Shown: positions 1 through 11,642 of the stretch, in pieces | How the letters are laid out: each line of letters starts with the position of its first letter | How positions within the stretch are numbered: the first letter of the stretch is position 1 | Assembly (NCBI GenBank): GCA_012838635.1 | Contig: DUOW01000009.1 | Coordinates: forward strand, 1,540-65,539 | Length of the DNA: 64,000 nucleotides | Direction: 5' to 3' | Origin: Acholeplasma sp. | Lineage (GTDB): Bacteria; Bacillota_I; Bacilli_A; ML615J-28; CAG-698 | Program-made: the position numbers and the translations under genes | The notes under the pieces: generated by a model | The model's input: only the letters and a program-made list of their open reading frames with translations | What the model was told of the DNA's origin: nothing | The model's database searches: none

Positions 1-233
1 TAGAATCTGGCAAAACAGGTCCAATTCCTTTACATTTAAAAAATACCTATTCTTTTGATCCAAGCCAAAAGAGTTATTTGTATCCCCATGATTATCCCGG
101 ATCTTGGGTCAACCAACAATATCTACCAGATTCAATAAAGGATGCAAAATATTACGATCCAAAAGAAACAGGGAAATATGAAAAAGCCTTAAAAGAAAGA
201 TTAGAGGCTATTGAAAAAGCCAAAAAGAATTGA
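1..233 (+). CDS. rarA: Replication-associated recombination protein A (RarA/MgsA AAA+ ATPase), last 76 codons only; 5' end outside window
   Basis: Frame 3 reads ...GPIPLHLKNTYSFDPSQKSYLYPHDYPGSWVNQQYLPDSIKDAKYYDPKETGKYEKALKERLEAIEKAKKN then TGA 231-233. The YPHDYP...QQYLP...YY.P tail is the conserved RarA C-terminus. Not in the ORF track because there is no start in the window. Confidence 0.75.
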   Translation, partial: ESGKTGPIPLHLKNTYSFDPSQKSYLYPHDYPGSWVNQQYLPDSIKDAKYYDPKETGKYEKALKERLEAIEKAKKN

Positions 234-241
234 TAAATTTC

Positions 242-270
242 TTGCTTTTTCGGCTCTTTTATAGTATAAT
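242..270 (+). promoter_or_regulatory. Sigma-A type promoter of rpmG
   Basis: TTGCTT (242-247), 17-nt spacer, TATAAT (265-270). AGGAGGA RBS at 284-290, 4 nt before ATG 295. Confidence 0.6.
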
Positions 271-294
271 ATTATAGATTTACAGGAGGATATT

Positions 295-450
295 ATGAGA
301 GTAACATTTATCTTAAGATGTACAGTTTGTGGAGAGGAAAATTATCTATCAGAAAAAAATAAAAAGAACACTCCTGATCGTCTTGAAGTGAACAAATACT
401 GCCCTAGATGTAGAAAGCAAACATTACATAAAGAGAAAACAAAGAGATAA
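295..450 (+). CDS. rpmG: 50S ribosomal protein L33 (zinc-binding C+ form)
   Basis: 51-codon ORF missed by the ORF track: [51 protein letters not shown]. Typical L33 sequence with CxxC...CxxC; strong RBS; TAA 448-450. Confidence 0.9.
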   Translation: MRVTFILRCTVCGEENYLSEKNKKNTPDRLEVNKYCPRCRKQTLHKEKTKR

Positions 451-477
451 AAGATATTGTTTCAATATCTTTTTTTA
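451..477 (+). terminator. Rho-independent terminator after rpmG
   Basis: AAGATATT (451-458) / AATATCTT (464-471) stem, 5-nt loop, then T6 (472-477). Confidence 0.7.
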
Positions 478-491
478 TGAAAGGTGATAAA

Positions 492-950
492 ATGAGTAAA
501 TATAACGTCTTTACTTCTACAATCAATGATATTACTGTTGTAGAGGTAAAGCCAAGAAAATTAACTAAAGAGGAAGCAAAAAAACTTCGTGGAATCAGAA
601 GAACTATTACTGGTGAATATAATGGGCCAAGAGCTGCTCGTTATTTAAAGATAACTACAAGACAAGTTCGTAACCTAAAAAGCGCAGTTTATGCTTATGG
701 AGATTATGGTGTAATTCATAAGAATAGATTCCACCGCCCACCTATTGCTTATAGTGAAGAAATTAGAAAAGAGATTGTAGACATGTATCGTAGTAAAGAA
801 TACCGTGGTATGCTAATTAGTCATTTTGCAGAAATGCTAATTGATGAATTTAATTATGATATGGCTCCTTCTACTATCTATAACATCCTAAGAGAAAATA
901 GAATTAGATCTCCAAAAAGACATAAGAAAAAAAGGAAAACAAAAAAATGA
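492..950 (+). CDS. Helix-turn-helix protein resembling only the N-terminal DNA-binding part of ISNCY/IS481-type transposases (no DDE/integrase core); IS remnant or domesticated HTH
   Basis: ORF track 477-950; better start ATG 492 (GGTGA 483-487). Pattern ...AARYLKITTRQVRNLKSAVYAYGDYGVIHKNRFHRPP..SEEIRKEIVDMYRSKEYRGMLISHFAEML...STIYNILRENRIRSPKRHKKKRK matches, from memory, transposase N-termini that normally continue into an rve core. Here the ORF ends in ATGA overlapping the ispG start. Confidence 0.5.
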   Translation: MSKYNVFTSTINDITVVEVKPRKLTKEEAKKLRGIRRTITGEYNGPRAARYLKITTRQVRNLKSAVYAYGDYGVIHKNRFHRPPIAYSEEIRKEIVDMYRSKEYRGMLISHFAEMLIDEFNYDMAPSTIYNILRENRIRSPKRHKKKRKTKK

Positions 951-2002
951 GAAGAACAAAAAAAATCTTCATTGGGAATAAAGAAATTGGTGGTAATAGC
1001 CCTATTCTTATCCAAAGTATGACTAACACAAAAACTTGCGATGTTAAAGCAACTGTTAGTCAAATTTTAAGTCTAGAACAAGCAGGCTGTGAATTAATTA
1101 GATGTGCTGTTACTTCTAAAGAAGATGCTTTAGCCCTAAAAGAAATCAAAAAACAAATTCATATTCCCCTAGCTGCTGATATTCAGTTCGATTATAAGTT
1201 AGCTTTACTTGCAATAGAAAATGGAGCAGATAAAATCAGAATCAATCCTGGTAATATAGGCACTAAAGATGAAATTGGAGAGATTGTTGAAAAATGTAAT
1301 CAATATAATATTCCTATTAGAATTGGCATTAATTCAGGTTCAATTGAAAAAGATCTAGCAGAAAAATACGGTAATTCTAAAGAAGCTCTAGTTGAAAGTG
1401 CAATTAGAAACATTCGTATTTTAGAATCATTCCATTTTCATAACATCATTCTATCAGTCAAATCTACAAACCTAGAAGCTACAATTGAAGCATACAGAAT
1501 ACTTAGCGCTAACTATAGTTATCCATTACATATTGGTATTACAGAATCAGGTCCAAAGCAAATGGGTACAATAAAATCTAGTATAGGCCTTGGCATTCTT
1601 CTTTATGAAGGAATTGGAGACACGATAAGAGTATCCTTAACAGCTGATCCAATTGAAGAAATAAGTGTTGCAAAAGACATTCTTGCAAGTTTAGATTTAT
1701 ATAATAAGCCAATCTTAATTAGTTGCCCTACTTGTGGGAGAACAGAATATAATTTACTAGAAGTTACTGAAGAAATCGAAAAATTCCTTAACACTTTAGG
1801 TAACGTAAAACTAACTGTTGCAATAATGGGTTGTGCTGTTAATGGCCCTGCTGAAGCAAAAGATGCCGATATTGGAATTGCTGGTGGTAAAGGTGAAGCC
1901 CTACTATTTAAAAAAGGCCAACCAATTAGAAAAATCAAAGAAGAAAATATTATTAAAGAATTTAAAGAAGAAATAAATAAAATGATAAAAGGAGAGTATT
2001 AA
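947..2002 (+). CDS. ispG: 4-hydroxy-3-methylbut-2-enyl diphosphate synthase (MEP pathway)
   Basis: MRRTKKIFIGNKEIGGNSPILIQSMTNT N-terminus; C-terminal Fe-S motifs CPTCGR and GCAVNGPAEA. Confidence 0.95.
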   Translation: MRRTKKIFIGNKEIGGNSPILIQSMTNTKTCDVKATVSQILSLEQAGCELIRCAVTSKEDALALKEIKKQIHIPLAADIQFDYKLALLAIENGADKIRINPGNIGTKDEIGEIVEKCNQYNIPIRIGINSGSIEKDLAEKYGNSKEALVESAIRNIRILESFHFHNIILSVKSTNLEATIEAYRILSANYSYPLHIGITESGPKQMGTIKSSIGLGILLYEGIGDTIRVSLTADPIEEISVAKDILASLDLYNKPILISCPTCGRTEYNLLEVTEEIEKFLNTLGNVKLTVAIMGCAVNGPAEAKDADIGIAGGKGEALLFKKGQPIRKIKEENIIKEFKEEINKMIKGEY

Positions 2003-2868
2003 TGCTCTCCTTTTAATTTTGGATTAAACTTTTTCATTTTAATCATTTCTATTTCTTCCTTATATGGGGCCTTGCCATCTATATAAGGAGTTTCTAAAAT
2101 TTTCGGTATTTCTTTAAATCTTTCATCATAAACAAACTTAAGTAAAGTTTCAAAGCCAATATACCCATAGCCGATATTTTCATGTCGGTCTTTTTTTGAT
2201 CCAATAGGATTCTTAGAATCATTTAAATGAATTGCTTTAATACGCTCTAAACCAATCACTTCATCAAACTCTCTTAAAACACCATCATAATCATTAACTG
2301 TATCATAACCAGAATCAAAAGTATGACAAGTATCAAAACAAACATTAACTCTTTCTTTTGGTAAACCTTCTAAAAGAAAAGCTAATTCTTGGAAATTTCT
2401 GCCAATTTCTGTACCTTTTCCTGCCATAGTTTCTAATAAAATCATCGTCTTCGTATCTTTAGTATTATCTAATAGCTTAATAAGTGATTCTTTTAAGTAG
2501 TTAATTGCCTGTTCATCCCCTAGTGAATTACCAGGATGAACGACAATTTTTGTAAATCCTAACTGCTCCATAAGCAATAACTCACTTGTTAAGAAATTAA
2601 TAGCAAACTCTCTTTTTTCAGGATCAGGATTAGCCATATTTATAATATATGGAGCATGAACGATTATATCATCAATATTCATTTGATGCTCTTTTAATAA
2701 CTGATCAAATTCATCTTTTCTAAAACTTGCAAAACTTTTGCGATAAGAGTTTTGTGGTGCTCCTAAATAAACCATAAAACAGTTTGCGTTATAGCTAGCT
2801 GCTTCTAAAACCGAACCTACTAACATCTCATCGCCTTTATTACTAACATGCGAACCTAACTTAATCAT
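1999..2868 (-). CDS. nfo: Endonuclease IV (AP endonuclease)
   Basis: 289 aa; HAPYIINMANPD, VVHPG, ETMAGKG, HLNDSK motifs of the Nfo TIM-barrel family. Confidence 0.9.
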   Translation of the reverse strand: MIKLGSHVSNKGDEMLVGSVLEAASYNANCFMVYLGAPQNSYRKSFASFRKDEFDQLLKEHQMNIDDIIVHAPYIINMANPDPEKREFAINFLTSELLLMEQLGFTKIVVHPGNSLGDEQAINYLKESLIKLLDNTKDTKTMILLETMAGKGTEIGRNFQELAFLLEGLPKERVNVCFDTCHTFDSGYDTVNDYDGVLREFDEVIGLERIKAIHLNDSKNPIGSKKDRHENIGYGYIGFETLLKFVYDERFKEIPKILETPYIDGKAPYKEEIEMIKMKKFNPKLKGEH

Positions 2869-4183
2869 TCTTTGCCTTTTTCTTATAAATATCTTCTACT
2901 CTTTTTCTTTTGATTTGCTTAGTTTCTTTCGCAATCTTTTCTTTTCTACGTTTACGATAATTGGGTTTTACTTTTGGAGGCATTGGATACTTTACATGAA
3001 GAACTTCAATTTCTTCATCGTATTTATTTTTCTTTCTTGGTTGATATTTTGTTTCTTTAAACATACCCTCTACAATTTCCCCAAAATATAAATCTAACCC
3101 ACGACTATAAAGTTTACCTAAATATTTTTCATCATCAAAATCAAGTAAAGAAATTACTGTTCCTGTATCTTTAAATCTAGCCGTTCTACCACTTCGGTGA
3201 GTATAATACTTAATATCTACAGGCAGTGAATAGTTCACAACTAAACTAACACCAGTTATATCCATACCACGAGCAGCTAAGTCACTCGCAACTACATATT
3301 GATATTCACCTTTTTTAATTCTTGATAGAACATTCTTTCGTTCTCTTGGTTTAAGTGAACTATCTAGTTTAGCATTTGGATATCCATTATTACCTAAAAA
3401 CTTACTTAAATCATCAACTTCTTCTAAAGTATTGGCAAAGATTAAAACTAAATAAGGATTCATAATCTTTAATAAATCAAGTAAAACTTTATTTTTATCT
3501 TTGTTTTTCGTTTTAATAAAAACATGTTTAATAGAATCTTTACTAATTTTCTTACCACTTAAATCAATATTCACTGATTTATTTAAGTACTTATCTACAA
3601 ATCTACTTAACTCATCGGTGATTGTGGCAGAAAAAACTAATGATTGAATATCTTTTTTAAATAAAGCAAATATTTGATCAATACGATTAATATCTTCGGG
3701 AACAAAAACCATATCTGCCTCATCAATAACAACTTTATCTGCTGTATGTATTTTAAGTAAATTTTCATTAAACGCAAGATCTTCTATTTTACCTATCGTT
3801 CCAATAACGACTTGTGGTTGTGATAGTTCCAATCTTTTAATCTCATCATCACGTCTACCACCACCTACGTATAACCTTAAATCAATATATTCAGGTGAAT
3901 ATCTTGTAATTTTCTTTAACTCATCATAAATTTGTTGTCCAAGTTCTCTTGTTGGGACAATGATTACGGCTTGAACTTCTTTCACATTTGGCCTTAATTC
4001 ATTAGCGATGGGAATTAAAAAACAATGTGTTTTCCCTGTCCCAGTTGGACTTTTCCCAACGATTGACTGACCTTCTAAAGCCTTGGGAATAACCTCTTCT
4101 TGAATCGGAGTTAACTGATGAAAATTTAAATCAACTAATGCATCTTGAATATATTTCTTAATTTTCAAATTCTTAAACTTCAA
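2861..4183 (-). CDS. cshB: DEAD-box ATP-dependent RNA helicase with basic C-terminal tail
   Basis: Motifs GKSPTGTGKT (I), DEAD, SAT, HRSGRTAR. Symbol by Bacillus synteny (cshB-nfo adjacency), not by sequence search. Confidence 0.8.
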   Translation of the reverse strand: MKFKNLKIKKYIQDALVDLNFHQLTPIQEEVIPKALEGQSIVGKSPTGTGKTHCFLIPIANELRPNVKEVQAVIIVPTRELGQQIYDELKKITRYSPEYIDLRLYVGGGRRDDEIKRLELSQPQVVIGTIGKIEDLAFNENLLKIHTADKVVIDEADMVFVPEDINRIDQIFALFKKDIQSLVFSATITDELSRFVDKYLNKSVNIDLSGKKISKDSIKHVFIKTKNKDKNKVLLDLLKIMNPYLVLIFANTLEEVDDLSKFLGNNGYPNAKLDSSLKPRERKNVLSRIKKGEYQYVVASDLAARGMDITGVSLVVNYSLPVDIKYYTHRSGRTARFKDTGTVISLLDFDDEKYLGKLYSRGLDLYFGEIVEGMFKETKYQPRKKNKYDEEIEVLHVKYPMPPKVKPNYRKRRKEKIAKETKQIKRKRVEDIYKKKAKND

Positions 4184-5471
4184 TAACTTCTCCTTTCCCT
4201 AAAGGATAGCCTAACTCTACAAGTCTTACTTTCGCAACTGATCCTACTTTACCTTGAAGATCTTTAAACGCTACTTTTAAGTAATTACTTGCATGACCAA
4301 AACAAATACCTTTTTCATTTTTCTCAATAACAATTTCTAATATTTGGTTTAAATATTTTGCTTGGTACTTTAAGGCTAATTCTTTATTTATACTTAATAC
4401 TTCATTTACTCTAGCTTTTTTTAAATCACCTTTAAGATCTTTTTTGGCTTCGTAAGCTAAAGTCCCTTTTCTTCTTGAATAAGGAAAAACATGTATTTCC
4501 CCAAATTCAACTTTCTGAATAAATTCTTTTACTTTTTCAAACTCTTCTTTTGTTTCATTATAGAAACCAACCATTAAATCAGTAGTAATATTAATTAAAG
4601 GGAAATGTTCTCTTATCTTTTGAATCTTTTGAAAATAATAACTAGTATCATATTTTCGGTTCATTTCTTTTAAGACAACATCACTACCTGATTGAAGTGG
4701 TATATGAAGGTGATTACAAAAATGACTTGGATACTTCTTAATTACCTTTAATACTTCATCAGTAATTTCAGTAACTTCAATTGAAGAGATTCTTAGCCTG
4801 CCTAAACCTTTAACTTTTAAAACTATTTCTTCTAAAAGATCAGCAAAACTATAATTTTCTAAATCTTCACCATAACTTGCTGTATTAATACCCGTTAACA
4901 CTATTTCATAAACTCCGTTGTTTGTAAGATCTTGAATTTCTTTAATTATATTATCTTTATCTCTACTTCTTGATCTTCCTCTAGCATAAGGTATTCGACA
5001 ATAACTACAAAAGTTATTACAGCCATCTTGAATCTTAACAAATCCTCTTGTCTTATCTACAAAACGACTTAACTTTAACTCTTCATAGTCAACAATTTCT
5101 AAAGGATCTTCAATATCAATAAAACTTGTCTTGTTTTCTAATGCTTTAATTACATAATCATATAATTTACTTCTATTACTAGTACCAATAATAACTTGAG
5201 TTACGTCTTGATCTACTATCTCTTTGTAATCTAATGCCACAAAACAGCCCATGATTGCTAATACTTTAGGTTTATTTCGTAATGCCTTATGAATCATTTG
5301 TCTTGTTTTTTGATCAGCAGTATTCGTAACTGTACAAGTATTGATAATTGTCACATCAGCTTTTTCATTAAAACTTACAAGTTTAAAATCATTATCAATG
5401 AACTCATTTAAAACTGCTTCTGTTTCATACAAATTAACCTTGCAACCTAAAGAACAATAATTAACTTTCAT
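4173..5471 (-). CDS. mtaB: tRNA methylthiotransferase, MiaB-like (MtaB type), radical SAM
   Basis: N-terminal UPF0004 region, CNNFCSYCRIP radical-SAM CxxxCxxC, C-terminal TRAM-like region; sits after rsmE as in Bacillus. Confidence 0.8.
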   Translation of the reverse strand: MKVNYCSLGCKVNLYETEAVLNEFIDNDFKLVSFNEKADVTIINTCTVTNTADQKTRQMIHKALRNKPKVLAIMGCFVALDYKEIVDQDVTQVIIGTSNRSKLYDYVIKALENKTSFIDIEDPLEIVDYEELKLSRFVDKTRGFVKIQDGCNNFCSYCRIPYARGRSRSRDKDNIIKEIQDLTNNGVYEIVLTGINTASYGEDLENYSFADLLEEIVLKVKGLGRLRISSIEVTEITDEVLKVIKKYPSHFCNHLHIPLQSGSDVVLKEMNRKYDTSYYFQKIQKIREHFPLINITTDLMVGFYNETKEEFEKVKEFIQKVEFGEIHVFPYSRRKGTLAYEAKKDLKGDLKKARVNEVLSINKELALKYQAKYLNQILEIVIEKNEKGICFGHASNYLKVAFKDLQGKVGSVAKVRLVELGYPLGKGEVIEV

Positions 5472-6193
5472 TAGCTTTGCTCACTTTCATAAGCAATGAT
5501 TGCCAATATTGCAAGTGGTGCTGTTTCAGCTCTTAAAATTCTTTTCCCTAAAGAGACCATTTTAAAATCATTAGCTTTCAAAACTTCAATCTCTGCCTCA
5601 TCAAATCCACCTTCTGGTCCAGTTAAAACTAAGATTTTTTCATATTTTTCTTTTAAAAGTTTCTTTAAACTGTTTGTGTTTTTCTCAGCATCTTCGTAAC
5701 AACAAATCTTTAAATCATAGTCTTTACTATACTCAATTAGTTCTTTTAAAGATTTTGTTTCTTCAATCAACATCAGTTTTGATCTTTTTGATTGTTCTGC
5801 TGCTTCTTTAACAATCTTTTCCTTGCGATCAAGTTTATCATCAATATGCTTTACAACACTACGTTTTAACTTAACAGACAAAAACTTACTTGCTCCAAGC
5901 TCTACTGCTCTTCGTAAAACTTCTTCTGTTTTATTACGATTTACTAAACCTAAAGCTATTGTAACTTCTACATCAAATTCATTGTTTTCTTTTAACTCTT
6001 CTTCAATAGCAACGATTACTTGTTTGTTATTTAAATCTACAATTCTTCCTAAATAGAGACAACCTTTTAAATCTACAATCTCAATTAAATCATCTTTTTC
6101 CATTCTCATAACATTTTTAATGTGATGATAATCAGCATCTTTAATTGTAATTTCTTTAGTCATAACTACTTGGTCTATAAAATATCTTTGCAT
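5471..6193 (-). CDS. rsmE: 16S rRNA (uracil1498-N3)-methyltransferase
   Basis: MQRYFI start, GPEGGF..E and LGKRILRAETA C-terminal SPOUT motifs. Confidence 0.9.
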   Translation of the reverse strand: MQRYFIDQVVMTKEITIKDADYHHIKNVMRMEKDDLIEIVDLKGCLYLGRIVDLNNKQVIVAIEEELKENNEFDVEVTIALGLVNRNKTEEVLRRAVELGASKFLSVKLKRSVVKHIDDKLDRKEKIVKEAAEQSKRSKLMLIEETKSLKELIEYSKDYDLKICCYEDAEKNTNSLKKLLKEKYEKILVLTGPEGGFDEAEIEVLKANDFKMVSLGKRILRAETAPLAILAIIAYESEQS

Positions 6194-6249
6194 AAATCAC
6201 CTTATATATATTATATCATATTTACTTTAAATAAACTATTGATAACTAT

Positions 6250-6280
6250 AAGAAAAATGCTCACCTTAAAGGTAAGCATT
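6250..6280 (-). terminator. Terminator after dnaJ
   Basis: Minus strand AATGCTTACC-tttaa-GGTGAGCATT (one G.U pair) followed by a T-run. Confidence 0.6.
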
Positions 6281-6287
6281 ATTCATA

Positions 6288-7403
6288 TTATTTCTTAAAC
6301 CATTTTCTAATCTTATCAAAAATAGTGTCATTAGACTCATCAGTTTTGGAAAGTTTTCTAAATAAGTCTTTTTGTTCTGAGGTTAGTTTTGTTGGGGTAA
6401 TTAGTTTAACTGTAACATATTGGTCACCAATTTTACTTGACCTTCCACTTTTAATCCCCTTATCCCTAATTCTAAATGTAGTCCCTGCTTGTGTCCCAGC
6501 TGGTACTTTTAGATTAACAGCACCATAGATTGTCGGTACTTCAATTTCTCCACCTAAAGCAGCTTGACTAAAAGTAAGTGGCATTTCAAGTAAAATATCT
6601 AAACCATCTCGAGTAAAGATTTCATGTTTTCCAACACTTACATAAAGGTATAAATCACCATAACCTCCACCGTTAGTTCCGGCTTCTCCATAACCTGAAA
6701 GTCTTAAACCTTGACCATCATCAATTCCCGCTGGAATCTTCACGTTGATTGTAGAAGTTGTTCTAACTCTACCAGCGCCGTTACATTCTGAACATTTCTT
6801 TGTAATAACTTTACCAGTTCCTCCACAATTTGGGCAAGTAGTTTCAGTTTGAAATGTGCCAAAAAAACTACTTTGAGTTGTTACAACTCTTCCACTACCA
6901 TTACATTGAGGACAAGTTTTAATATCTTTGCTACTTTCAGCACCTAAACCATTACACTTTTTGCAGTTATCTAGTTTTGTGATTGCGATGTTTTTTTCTG
7001 TCCCAAAGGCTGCTTCTTCAAAAGTAATTGAAATAGACTTTCTAATATCAGCACCAACTCTTGCTTTTGAACCTCTGTTAGATCTTGACCCACCAAAGAT
7101 TCCCCCAAACATCTCATTAATGATATCATCAAAACTAGGGAAACCACCACTATATGTGTATCCCCCACTAAAACCTTGATTAGCAGCGCCGGCATGGCCA
7201 AATTGATCATATTGAGCTCGTTTTTGGGAATCACTAAGTACTTCATATGCTTCTTGTATTTCTTTGAACTTTTCTGTAGCATCAGGATCTTTGCTTACAT
7301 CTGGATGATATTTTTTTGCCATTTCACGATAGGCTTTTTTAATTTCATCTTGTGTTGCATCTTTTTTGATTCCTAATACTTCATAATAATCTCTTTTAGC
7401 CAT
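6288..7403 (-). CDS. dnaJ: Chaperone DnaJ
   Basis: J-domain with HPD, G/F region, four CxxCxGxG zinc-finger repeats. Confidence 0.95.
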   Translation of the reverse strand: MAKRDYYEVLGIKKDATQDEIKKAYREMAKKYHPDVSKDPDATEKFKEIQEAYEVLSDSQKRAQYDQFGHAGAANQGFSGGYTYSGGFPSFDDIINEMFGGIFGGSRSNRGSKARVGADIRKSISITFEEAAFGTEKNIAITKLDNCKKCNGLGAESSKDIKTCPQCNGSGRVVTTQSSFFGTFQTETTCPNCGGTGKVITKKCSECNGAGRVRTTSTINVKIPAGIDDGQGLRLSGYGEAGTNGGGYGDLYLYVSVGKHEIFTRDGLDILLEMPLTFSQAALGGEIEVPTIYGAVNLKVPAGTQAGTTFRIRDKGIKSGRSSKIGDQYVTVKLITPTKLTSEQKDLFRKLSKTDESNDTIFDKIRKWFKK

Positions 7404-7420
7404 ACTTTACCTCGTCAATC

Positions 7421-9854
<2,434 letters not shown>

Positions 9855-9862
9855 TATTCACC

Positions 9863-10882
9863 TCACTTAATCTTGTCTATATTTCTAGCAATATATTCAA
9901 GTAAACTAATTACTTTGTGATACTCCATTCTTGTTGGTCCTAAAACCGCTATAGCTCCAATTTCACCACTACTTGTTTCATAAGGAATTGAAATAATTGT
10001 ACAATCTTGCATTGCTTTAATTTTATTTTCTCTTCCAATCGTAACACTTAAACCTTCACTATCAATGTCAATGTCTTGGAATATCTCTCCACTTTCAATT
10101 AAATCAATTAATGATTTAGCTTTAGAAACATCACTAAACTCAGGTTGATTTAAAATCTGCATTCTTCCTTTGAAATAATAACTATCCTGAGCCATGTTTG
10201 TAAATACCTGAACAAAACTAGAAATTATTTCATCATAATAATCTAGATAATATTCTAGACTTTCCTTAGAAGTTTCTTCTCGTAAAACTTGATCAATTCT
10301 CCAAATTGGAGTATCTTTCAAAGTATAATCTAAATAATTGATTATCCTTTCAAGTTCTTGATAACTAATACCTTCAGGAATATTAATTTTTCTACTTTCT
10401 ACATGTCCCGTATCAGTAACCATTAAGATAACAGCTAAATCACTAGCTAATCTAATAATACTTAGTTTTTTGATTTTACTATTATAACCTTGATTACCTA
10501 AAGCCATAGTAGCATAGTCAGTTAAACTAGTTACAAGATTTAAACTTTCACTTAAAGCTTTCTCTTTCGTAATATAACTTCTTGAAAAGATTTCATCTAA
10601 TAAAGGAAATGATTCTAACTTTAAGTTTTCTTCATCTTCAAGTAAATTACTTACATATTCACGATAACCAGCCTCTGATGGAACTCTTCCACTAGAAGTA
10701 TGTGTCTTCATAATTAAACCCATGCTTTCTAGTAAAGCCATATCATTACGAATTGTAGCGCTAGAAACATCTAAATCATATTTCTCATTATTGATTAAAG
10801 AAACAGATCCAACAGGTTCATTAGTTCTTACATATTCTTCCACAATCGCTTTTAATACTTCTCTTAATCTTCCTTCCAGCAT
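9863..10882 (-). CDS. hrcA: Heat-inducible transcription repressor HrcA
   Basis: MLEGRLREVLKAIVEEYVRTNEPVGS... winged-helix N-terminus. Start moved to ATG 10882 (AAAGGAGGA upstream) because the track start 10915 overlaps the -10 box. Confidence 0.9.
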   Translation of the reverse strand: MLEGRLREVLKAIVEEYVRTNEPVGSVSLINNEKYDLDVSSATIRNDMALLESMGLIMKTHTSSGRVPSEAGYREYVSNLLEDEENLKLESFPLLDEIFSRSYITKEKALSESLNLVTSLTDYATMALGNQGYNSKIKKLSIIRLASDLAVILMVTDTGHVESRKINIPEGISYQELERIINYLDYTLKDTPIWRIDQVLREETSKESLEYYLDYYDEIISSFVQVFTNMAQDSYYFKGRMQILNQPEFSDVSKAKSLIDLIESGEIFQDIDIDSEGLSVTIGRENKIKAMQDCTIISIPYETSSGEIGAIAVLGPTRMEYHKVISLLEYIARNIDKIK

Positions 10883-10913
10883 TTCTTCCTCCTTTTCTTT
10901 ATTAACTATATAC

Positions 10914-10941
10914 ATTATACCATAAAAATTAGCAATGTCAA
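10914..10941 (-). promoter_or_regulatory. Promoter of the hrcA-grpE-dnaK-dnaJ operon
   Basis: Minus strand TTGACA (10941-10936), 16 nt, TGgTATAAT (-10 at 10919-10914). Confidence 0.6.
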
Positions 10942-10955
10942 GAGTTAAGTGCTAA
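10929..10955. promoter_or_regulatory. CIRCE operator (HrcA binding site)
   Basis: TTAGCAATG-N9-AAGTGCTAA versus consensus TTAGCACTC-N9-GAGTGCTAA; overlaps the -35 box. Confidence 0.8.
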
Positions 10956-10980
10956 TTATTTAGAAAGAAAACCGTTTACA

Positions 10981-11010
10981 ATAAAAAATACCTATTTTTA
11001 AATAGGTATT
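10981..11010 (-). terminator. Terminator overlapping the end of the 10998-11642 gene
   Basis: AATACCTATT (10987-10996) / AATAGGTATT (11001-11010), 4-nt loop, T-run on the minus strand. Confidence 0.6.
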
Positions 11011-11642
11011 TCTTTATCTTCTTTGGCGATTCTAAACGAATCTCTAATTTTTTGTTTCAACATTTTAAGAGTTTCTTGGTCCAACTCTTTAAAATAATAT
11101 TTAGTATCTTTATTGTAAATATAAAACTCACATAAAGCCCAAGCTTTTGCCATCTTTACATAATAGTGATCTACATTAGTATTAATAACTAATTTTAACG
11201 CTTCTTTGTAATAACAATCATTTACATAATAATTTAAAAGAAAAACCAATCCTAGCCTAATCGTAAAAGGTTCATATGATTTTAATAATTTCTTTATATA
11301 CAGCAAGCCTTCTTCTTGATTAGTTTTAAAATCTTTTAACGAACTTGCTAAAGTATCTGTATTAGCCCAGTTAGTTACTTCACCTTGACTAATAATTAAA
11401 TCGACATATTCTAGTTTCCTCTTAAAAGGAATTTTAGTTTTTCCTAAAACAAAAGCTTTTAAGATTCTAATTTCTTGAACATTGCTTGGTTTTCCTAAAA
11501 TAGATAAATCTAAACCTTTCGCAATTTCTCTTAAATCCTTAGTTCTTACGCCAATAACTTCAACGCTATCATCATTTAATAGTTTGCTTGTAAAATCTTT
11601 ATATTGTAAATCTTGTTTTTGTAATAATAAATCTTTAATCAT
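10998..11642 (-). CDS. DNA alkylation repair protein family (AlkD-like HEAT-repeat)
   Basis: All-helical 214 aa. Pattern ...VIGVRTKDLREIAKGL...NWANTDTLA...YYVKMAKAWALCEF... resembles the DNA_alkylation family; recognised from memory only. Confidence 0.55.
   Translation of the reverse strand: MIKDLLLQKQDLQYKDFTSKLLNDDSVEVIGVRTKDLREIAKGLDLSILGKPSNVQEIRILKAFVLGKTKIPFKRKLEYVDLIISQGEVTNWANTDTLASSLKDFKTNQEEGLLYIKKLLKSYEPFTIRLGLVFLLNYYVNDCYYKEALKLVINTNVDHYYVKMAKAWALCEFYIYNKDTKYYFKELDQETLKMLKQKIRDSFRIAKEDKEIPI

Noticed and set aside
1603-1938. Antisense ORFs inside well-supported genes. Examples: 1603-1938 in ispG; 6971-7282 and 6928-7179 in dnaJ; 8454-8765 in dnaK; 42124-42522 in pnp; 51539-51814 in array copy C; 61806-62006 in polC.
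   Set aside because: Each lies entirely within, and opposite to, a gene with clear family motifs. They have no RBS and low-complexity Ser/Leu/Phe-rich translations typical of the reverse frame of AT-rich coding DNA.
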